Of a stretch of 45,164 nucleotides of DNA, positions 36,945 through 45,164 are shown piece by piece. The DNA lies in NCBI RefSeq assembly GCF_001194135.2, contig NC_068990.1, forward strand, positions 40,122,204 through 40,167,367, in the 5' to 3' direction. Each line of letters begins with the position of its first letter. Within the stretch, counting starts at the first letter, position 1. This DNA comes from Octopus bimaculoides. Its lineage: Eukaryota. Under the pieces are notes generated by a model. It saw only the letters and a program-made list of their open reading frames with translations. It ran no database searches and was not told the origin of the DNA. The translations under genes were made by a program, and so were the position numbers.

Positions 36945-37589
36945 ATACATGTGACATATCAGTTAAGACAATCTTTTACACTTCCTGTATGGATGGTAAG
37001 CCAGGGATCATTCTTAAATAATTTTCAGTTTGCTCCTACAATCACTGGTATTGTAACCGTCTTGAGATACCTCATCTTTTCGATTTCGATTACCAAATCT
37101 TTATATTTTCTGAGCCTATCAAATTCTTTTGCCGAGATATTATGGTCACATGGTATGCTCATGCCAATCAATAAACGAACTTTATTGTTTTGGTCTTTCA
37201 CAAGAATATCTGATTTATTTGCTTTGATGATCTGGTCTGTACATACTGGGACGTCCCAAAGAAAAGTTACATTTTCTCCCTCAGTTACAACCTCTGGGTG
37301 GTGCTTGTGCCATTTGTGAGCAGTTTTAATATTATAATGCTGACATATTATCCAATGTAGACATTGGCCAACTCTGCCATGTCTTGATCTGTATTCTACA
37401 GGTGCTAAAACCCAGAGATTAGGTGGTCCACTGTTTCAATACCATCGTTGCAGTATCGGCACTTTGGGTCTACACCAATGTTCAATCTCATTGGCTTGAT
37501 AGTTCCGGATCAATAAGCTCTGATCTTGGGCAGCCAAGATAAAGCATTCGCTCCCTACCTTTAGCCCTGAGCTCTGCAGCCACTGATGG

Positions 37590-37590
<1 letters not shown>
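36945..37590 (-). mobile_element. R4/Dong-like non-LTR retrotransposon fragment (zinc knuckle and RLE) embedded in (TAA)n
   Basis: With frameshifts: QWLQSSGLKVGSECFILAAQDQSL..RNYQ / DPKCRYCNDGIETVDHLISG / HGRVGQCLHWIICQHY...FLWDVPV.TD..IKANKSDI...LIGMSIPCDHNI..KEFDRLRKYKDL..EIEKM...TIPVIVGA / PGLPSIQEV. Confidence 0.92.
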
Positions 37591-37646
<56 letters not shown>

Positions 37647-37648
<2 letters not shown>

Positions 37649-37706
37649 GGATGAAAGGCAAAGTCGACCTCGGCGGAATTTGAACTCAGAAACGTTAGCA
37701 CGAAAA
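37647..37706 (-). mobile_element. SINE family A internal fragment
   Basis: aaggatgaaaggcaaagtcgacctcggcggaatttgaactcagaaacgt. Confidence 0.8.
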
Positions 37707-37755
37707 CCGAGTGGTGGTGGTGGTAGCAGTAGTAGTAGCAGTAGTAGTAGTAGTA

Positions 37756-37835
<80 letters not shown>

Positions 37836-38274
37836 GGTGGTGGTGGTGTTGGTGGTGGTGGTAGCAGTAATAGTAGAAGCAGCAGTAATANNNNNNNNNN
37901 NNNNNNNNNNNNNNNNNNNNNNNNNNNNNNNNNNNNNNNNNNNNNNNNNNNNNNNNNNNNNNNNNNNNNNNNNNNNNNNNNNNNNNNNNNNNNNNNNNNN
38001 NNNNNNNNNNNNNNNNNNNNNNNNNNNNNNNNNNNNNNNNNNNNNNNNNNNNNNNNNNNNNNNNNNNNNNNNNNNNNNNNNNNNNNNNNNNNNNNNNNNN
38101 NNNNNNNNNNNNNNNNNNNNNNNNNNNNNNNNNNNNNNNNNNNNNNNNNNNNNNNNNNNNNNNNNNNNNNNNNNNNNNNNNNNNNNNNNNNNNNNNNNNN
38201 NNNNNNNNNNNNNNNNNNNNNNNNNNNNNNNNNNNNNNNNNNNNNNNNNNNNNNNNNNNNNNNNNNNNNNNNNN

Positions 38275-38317
<43 letters not shown>

Positions 38318-38587
38318 TTTCCTATCTATCCTTCCACTATCTATTCAGCGATTTATTTATCTGCCTATGCTACAAGTAAATGTCCCCTTACTCCAGCAAT
38401 CAGCAAAAGAAACACTAATCAAATATGCCATACAATGACTACTTAAAATATTTTACCTGAACCAAATGAACTCAGATTACAAAACCGATACATTTTCTAC
38501 TAGAAGTGGAGAAAGTACGCAAGAAAACAGTTATCTAAACACATAAATTTTAACAAAAGACGTTTATTGAAAATAAATTTCTTATAG

Positions 38588-38797
38588 ATTCTCAGCAAGC
38601 ATCCGAAAGAAATGCAATGGGGCCTCAGCAAGACCACTAAAAGTCCTCTTCCAAGACTGAGTGTCTTCCCAGAAAATTATGTCCTATCCATCAAGGAGGT
38701 GGTAGAGCGGATGCTAGAAATTATAGGCCTGTCTCTCTAGCCTCAAATGCCAGCCAAGTCATGGAACGCATTGTCAGGAGGAAACTGATCACGTTCC
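38588..38797 (+). mobile_element. CR1/L2-type LINE reverse transcriptase remnant
   Basis: KKCNGASARPLKVLFQ / CPIHQGGGRADARNYRPVSLASNASQVMERIVRRKLI (PI.K.G.....NYRP.SL....K.ME motif). Confidence 0.85.
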
Positions 38798-38844
38798 CAA
38801 AAAGATAATCACAAACAAATGACCATTGAAAAGGTGATAACACT

Positions 38845-38896
38845 GCCGGTGCCCCAGCATGGCCATAGTCTTTGGACTGAAATGCATAAAAGAATA
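38845..38896 (+). mobile_element. Family B 3' terminus (diverged)
   Basis: ggtgccccagcatggccatagtctttggactgaaatgcataaaagaat. Confidence 0.55.
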
Positions 38897-39999
38897 CATT
38901 CTTAAGGGGGATGTGAACGACATAAGTTTACTATTTTTTTCAGAGGAAGAAATGGGACGAGAGAATTTAACTGACTCCAAATGGTGACGATGATAGGAAG
39001 GGCAGACATATATTCTAATCTCGGTGGGTAGTTAAATGGAGTCACACCAGAAGTTATATGTTTTCAGCATGAATGGAAAAATATCGGTAGTAAGATACGA
39101 AACTTTGTCACTTCGGCTGGCAGTTTATCTACCTTGTATNNNNNNNNNNNNNNNNNNNNNNNNNNNNNNNNNNNNNNNNNNNNNNNNNNNNNNNNNNNNN
39201 NNNNNNNNNNNNNNNNNNNNNNNNNNNNNNNNNNNNNNNNNNNNNNNNNNNNNNNNNNNNNNNNNNNNNNNNNNNNNNNNNNNNNNNNNNNNNNNNNNNN
39301 NNNNNNNNNNNNNNNNNNNNNNNNNNNNNNNNNNNNNNNNNNNNNNNNNNNNNNNNNNNNNNNNNNNNNNNNNNNNNNNNNNNNNNNNNNNNNNNNNNNN
39401 NNNNNNNNNNNNNNNNNNNNNNNNNNNNNNNNNNNNNNNNNNNNNNNNNNNNNNNNNNNNNNNNATATATATACATATACATATACATACATACATGCAT
39501 ACATATCTATACACATACACATATGTACGTATATCTACCTACCTACATTCTTTTTGAGTATCACTAAAAACAATCTCATGACCTGATAGGAACACACCTA
39601 AATATACAACTGCTTACAAAGTTCTACATACATGAATAAATCTATATTATAATGGAGAATGCTGCTTATTAATTAGGTATGTAACAGTTACTAAAAGTAC
39701 TAAAAGAAAGCCATTATTAAAGGTTTGACCGGCTGGAAATCTTTTAATTTGTGTTCCAAGAAATTTCCTATCATTTCGATTTCTGAACTTTATTGGGTTT
39801 TTGAACTCCAATTTCTCACAAATTAAAATATTTGTTGCATTCACTGTGGAGTATTCCATTTTCATTTGCAAAGTCTCTCACTCACTATTTCAATGTTTTC
39901 ATTTCATGTTTTAATTCACTATTTGGAAATCCCACAGTATATTCTATTAATGTTTACGTAATGAAAAAAACATTATTTATTGAATGAATACCAGTATAA

Positions 40000-40895
40000 T
40001 CTTTGTGAAAAAAGTTTTAAAGTGATTTTGTTATTATGGCTGTTTGGAACGCCATAATCCTTTCAATAATAACTATTTGGACCGAATTTGACCATTTTCT
40101 TTTTAAACTTAAAAATCATAGGAGGAGCATTTTCGGTAAAACAAAAAAAAAAATTGTAAATATTTTCAGAGAAAAAGGGGAACAATTCAAAGGAGGTCTC
40201 ACTGTTCTTTCTAGCACAACCCAAACCACCCTTTATTTTCATTCATGCATGAATTGATGTTTTTTCAATATTTTTTACCATTAAACACATTTTATGGAAT
40301 GATGATGCAGAATTAATGCATGCATAATCCATTGGTGGAATAAAAGCAACGAAATATATTGTAATCAAAATTTTTACCCCCACCTCAATCAAGTGAAGCC
40401 ATATGTGTGTAAGAAAAAACATTTTCTAACAGAAAAAATATGCAATTAAAATGAAATATCGTTTACATAACTTTTTTTTATATCACTGTGGACATTTGTC
40501 CACAGTGATGCCAGCAATGACCTTCTCAGACTCTCCAATATTATAATTTCTAAACAGAAATAATCGGGGGCAGGGAGAAGGGTTGCAAAAAATTCAGAAT
40601 TTCTCAAATTTTCTTTTTTATAGCATATAAATGTATTTAAGGGGGTGGAAATATTGAAAAGCATCAATACATCTTAGAGTGATAAAGAAATGAGGAGTGT
40701 TGTCTTTGGATGTGCTAGAAACAACAACCAAATGATCCTTAAATTACTCACTTTTCCCTCTGAAAATATTAACAATTATTTTTTTTTTACCGAAAATGCT
40801 CTTCCCATGGTTTTGAAATGCAAAAAAATTGGCCAAAATAGATTCGGAGGGAGGGGTGTAAAAAAAAAGAGTTTTCAAAACATTTTTCATATAAA
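40000..40895. repeat. Degenerate long inverted repeat (arms ~40000-40285 and ~40640-40895), probable foldback/long-TIR DNA element remnant
   Basis: Symmetric exact anchors about a centre near 40464: gagcattttcggtaaaa 40125 / 40785-40801, aatattttcagag 40159 / 40758-40770, tttctagcaca 40208 / 40711-40721. Confidence 0.7.
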
Positions 40896-43754
40896 GATGC
40901 CGTACCCAACCCATCATTTCGAAGGCTGTGGATTTTTAAAAAATGGGGAAAATCCCCCACAAAATGTTCCCCAGAAATTTCTTTATAATCACAATCTATG
41001 CCGTTTGAAGGAGAGTTGTATAAACTTTTATTAAAAGATACCCATTTTCCTGAAAGTTATGAGGGAAAAATGTCAGATCGTGTGAATTTTCTGAAACTCC
41101 TCTCTCCACTCACTTAGAAAAATTATTTCCCCATAAATCCTGATACACTCTGAAGCCACAAAATCTAAGCGGTATTTGTATTAAATATTGTTAAAAAGTA
41201 TCCATTTTTTTTTTTTGGGATGTTATGAGGTAACAAAGTTGGTGGCGTATACATGTGTAGTAATGCCCTTTTATTTTCACGAATTTTTCATTTCATGTTT
41301 ATTTCATTCATTGTTTGCAACGTTCTCTCTTCCCCAATCTCACTTTCTCACACACACACTGCAAAGCTTACAAATGGGCTGCTGAATTGAAATCTTTATG
41401 TTGCTTTGAGGAGAAAGTAAAACTTGACAAATTGCTTCTCCTGCTGTTGTTGGACTACCGTGATGTTTGTTTAAAAATGAAAGATTTTGACAGTGGAGAA
41501 ATAATGAAAGCAATATGTACTAAGTAAGTGAGCACTATTATACATAAAGTAAATAGACGTAAAATATCATTAAAATTATTAGAATTGGGAATCAATATAA
41601 AAATATTATCAAGTGGCTAGCAGAAAACCGCCCGAAGAGTAGTTTTTCTGCTTGTATTAAATAATAACATACACCTATATCTGATCAATAAAAATTTCTC
41701 CAACGCACCTCTCTACCACAAACCACTTTAAACCCAAATTACGTCTCCACTCACATACCTAAGGAAGATTTTAACCCAACAGAAACTGTATAAAACTTCG
41801 CAGTTTCACGATAATATATCGCAGTTCCACGATTGCTTAGTTGACCGAAATTTCGAAGTCTTTGTCAATAACATTCATGTTTAAGAATAATAAATTTGTA
41901 CACTACAAAAGTATGGAGTAACCCTTCAGATAAATATAAAATCGTTTTTAATAAAAGCAAAACACTAATGTACATACATACATACATACATACATACATA
42001 CATACATACATACATACACAACACACGCATACACATGCATAGAGAGAGAGAGGTGGGAGATTAGAGAGAAAAAGAATGCCTTCTTGATGCAGTAATAATA
42101 TTTGAAGAAGGATCTTCTTCAATTAAAAATTATTCATATTTGTGTCACATTTTGACACAAGGCTAGAAAAGTTATTCACAATATTAAGATCTTAAAAAAA
42201 AGTATGATTCAAATCATTTGGAAACAAGAGATCGTAATCCTTTCGCTATTTACAACTTTTCAAACACACGTGTTACAGGGTACTCTGTACCGAGGAAGTT
42301 GTTTTTAGTTGCAATATTCACTATTTATGGGTATGCTTCGGATTTAGAGTTCTTTTACAGCATTCTTCTTTTGCCTTACGTAGTCGATCACGTTCTTACT
42401 TTATTTTGTGAAAAAGAGAATATTTTGAATTTTCTATTCGTACAAATATCTCGATGTTCATTACATTTATACATATATGTGTGTGTGTATATATGTAAAC
42501 GCGCTCACACACACACACAAACAAACACACGAATGTACTCAACGAGTTGTTGTGAAAATTATGGCGCAACAATGTGTTAATGATCTCATAAGTGACATTT
42601 TAGTAATCACCTATCAATTTGTTAATGTAAGAAATATTAAAAGCGGAACACATCTCCAGCTGTATCGCATTTATCACAAATCTATTGTGTATTAATGTTA
42701 ATTCAGTATTCAAGTCACTGGCGACAGTTGATGGAGGACAAACTCGTGGCCAAAGTATCCACGGTTCTTGTCTAGCTATATCCATGCTTCAAAATGCCGA
42801 ACTCATGAAATGGCTTAGTCAGACTAGCTGTACATAGACTCCCGAAGTTCAACCCACCTCAATGAATGTAACTGAACATCTCGTTAAACAGCAATAGCGA
42901 GTTCCAGCCCTTCTTTTGAAGCAGCACTATAATGTTGTTGTTTTTTCACTGGAAAGTCTTGACAGTGTCTCGACCATTAAGTTTTGTGATTTATCGTTTA
43001 CTTAATGATTCAGCAAGGCAAACAATCGGCCACAGACACGCTAGAAAACCTAGACCAATACTTTAACTGCTAATATTGCATGTCTGTTTGTACAGAAATA
43101 CGTTAGTGTTTCAATTTAATGCTCACGTAACATTGCCCTATGGGGAGACAATTCATGGCGGTTTAGTTTATTGTTCACATACAACTGCTCTATGGGGACA
43201 CTCAAATGTTTTGTCCATCTCAAACATCTTAAACTAGACATATTAACCAATAATCTTTAAGCTTAATAACGGAAGTGGACATTTGCTAACATTAAACCTT
43301 AAATACATTTTGTACACCATTCTCTCAACAGATATTTTCCTGGGATAAGTCACAGCTAAAGAATTAAACTATATGCGCCTTTCCTACTTTCTCCTTCTCA
43401 CCTCTCACTCTCTTTCTCTACTCTCCCTCCACTCTATCTCTCTATCCCTCTTCTCACATCGCGCTCCCTCTCTCGATTTCTCACTCTTCACCCTTCTCTT
43501 TCTGTTATTCTCTCATCATTATTCTCGCTACGTGTTACTCGCTATTTCTCTGTATTTCTGTATTTTCCACTGTGTGTGCATGTGTGTATGTGAATATGTG
43601 AGAGTATGTGTGTGCGCGTGTGTATATACATACACATATATATAAGCATATACATAAATATTTATATATTTGTAGGTTTTATACATGTGTGTATGTATGT
43701 GTGGGTAGGTAGGCAGGTATGTATGTATGTATGTATGTACCTATGTGTGTATAT

Positions 43755-44142
43755 GCGGAGACACAATGGCCCAGTGGTTAGTGCAGCGGACTCGCGGTCG
43801 TAGGATCGTGGTTTCGAATCCCAGACCGGGCGTTGTGAGTCATTATTGAGCGAAAACACCTAAAGTTTCACAAGGCTCCGGCAGGAGATTGTGGCGAACC
43901 CTGCTGTACTCTTTCACCACAACTTTCTCTCACTCTTTCTTCCTGTTTCTGTTGTACCTGTATTTTAGAGGGCCAGTCTTGTCACACCCTGTGTCATGCT
44001 GAATCCTCCCCGAGAACTACGTTAAGGGTACACGTGTCTGTGGAGTGTTCAGCCACTTGCACGTTAATTTCACGAGCAGGTTGTTCCGTTGATTGGATCA
44101 ACTGGAACCCTCGACTTCGTAACCGACGGAGTGCCAACCACC
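43755..44142 (+). mobile_element. Full-length tRNA-derived SINE family E (~390 bp)
   Basis: A box tggcccagtgg (43767), B box ggtttcgaatcc (43810); body and tail colinear with 1-295. Confidence 0.9.
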
Positions 44143-44509
44143 ATGTATGTATGTATGTATGTATGTATGTATGTATGTATGTTTGTATGTATGTATGTAT
44201 GTATGTATGTATGTATGTATGTATGATAGTAGGTAGGTAGGAAAGTCGGTAGGTAGGTAGGTAGGTAGGTAGGTAGGTAGGCAGGTAGGTAGGTAGGTGG
44301 ATGGGCAGAACGAGGGAAATGAGTGCTGGATATTTGGACAACGTGAAAGATTACAAAATGAAGACAAAATTTCAAAAGGTGGTGGACGAAATGTAACACC
44401 TCACTCCAAAAGATTATCAACATAAACTGTTGTGCTCAGTAAATTGCTTGCTGGAGAAAAACAGCAAAGGAAAAGAACTTGACAAATGTTCCGATGAACC
44501 ATTGATTGT

Positions 44510-44670
44510 TTCAAGGGTTTAAGTCGAAAAAATCGACTCCGGTACTTATTCTTAAAGCCGGATATTTATTCTATTGATGCCTTTTTTGTAGAACTGCTAA
44601 GATACAGGACGTAAACAAACCAACACTGATCATCAAGTGATGGTGGAGGACAAGCACAAACTAAAAGACA
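44510..44670 (-). mobile_element. SINE-like family B
   Basis: aagggtttaagtcgaaaaaatcgactccggtacttattc...gaactgctaagatacaggacgtaaacaaaccaacac aligns to 6308-6440. Confidence 0.65.
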
Positions 44671-44805
44671 TACACATATACACACATACAATATTACCTA
44701 ATATATATANNNNNNNNNNNNNNNNNNNNNNNNNNNNNNNNNACATACACACACATACACGTACATACATACATACGTACGTACGTACGTACGTACATGC
44801 ATGCA

Positions 44806-44839
<34 letters not shown>

Positions 44840-44935
44840 CATACATACATACATACATGCATACATACATACATACACATTCACACACGCACATATACGA
44901 TACTTTACTTATTCCTATACACTTCAATACCAAAA

Positions 44936-45098
44936 TAGGCGCAGGCTTTGCTCTGTAGCAAGAAGCTTGTTTCCCAACCACATGGCTCTAAGTTCAGTCG
45001 CACTGCGTGGCACCTTGGGCAAGTGTTTCTACTATAGCCTGAGACCGACCAAAGCCTGGTGGGTGCATTTGGTAGACGGAAACTGAAAGAAGCCCGTC
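44936..45098 (+). mobile_element. CORE-type tRNA SINE family D with (TA)/(TG) tail
   Basis: taggcgcagg head, agttcagtc B box, CORE-like gtggcaccttgggcaagtg, end ggtagacggaaactgaaagaagcccgtc. Confidence 0.8.
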
Positions 45099-45107
45099 TT
45101 ATATACG

Positions 45108-45164
<57 letters not shown>

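Noticed and set aside
42700-43010. Plus frame VFKSLATVDGGQTRG... interrupted by two stops
   Set aside because: Could be a decayed coding or TE relic, but no motif can be named.
43755-43830. tRNA gene (also 4056-4115)
   Set aside because: A and B boxes are present, but there is no convincing acceptor stem and the sequence continues into a repeated SINE body.

Overview
Repeat-dense, AT-rich eukaryotic (metazoan) DNA from a draft assembly: 15 N-gaps totalling about 6 kb, nearly all flanked by microsatellites. The SINE families and the density of (TAA)n/(TATG)n/(GA)n/(GGT)n tracts resemble coleoid cephalopod (Octopus-like) genomes; this is inference from pattern recognition, not a database hit. 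No intact protein-coding gene, rRNA, tRNA or CRISPR array can be supported, and most listed ORFs are microsatellite or N-gap artefacts. Supported content: (i) about 20 copies or fragments of about five tRNA-derived SINE families, labelled A-E for this window only; (ii) three fragments of restriction-like-endonuclease (R4/Dong-like) non-LTR retrotransposons, two embedded in (TAA)n; (iii) a Penelope-like GIY-YIG remnant and a CR1/L2-type RT remnant; (iv) two convergent mariner 5' halves and a complete pogo-like non-autonomous element with TIRs and TA TSD; (v) a decayed class A GPCR (TM1-TM5) on the minus strand; (vi) a ~107-nt pri-miRNA-like hairpin; (vii) several short local duplications and a ~900-bp degenerate inverted repeat. 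Repeat boundaries were set by eye and are approximate.
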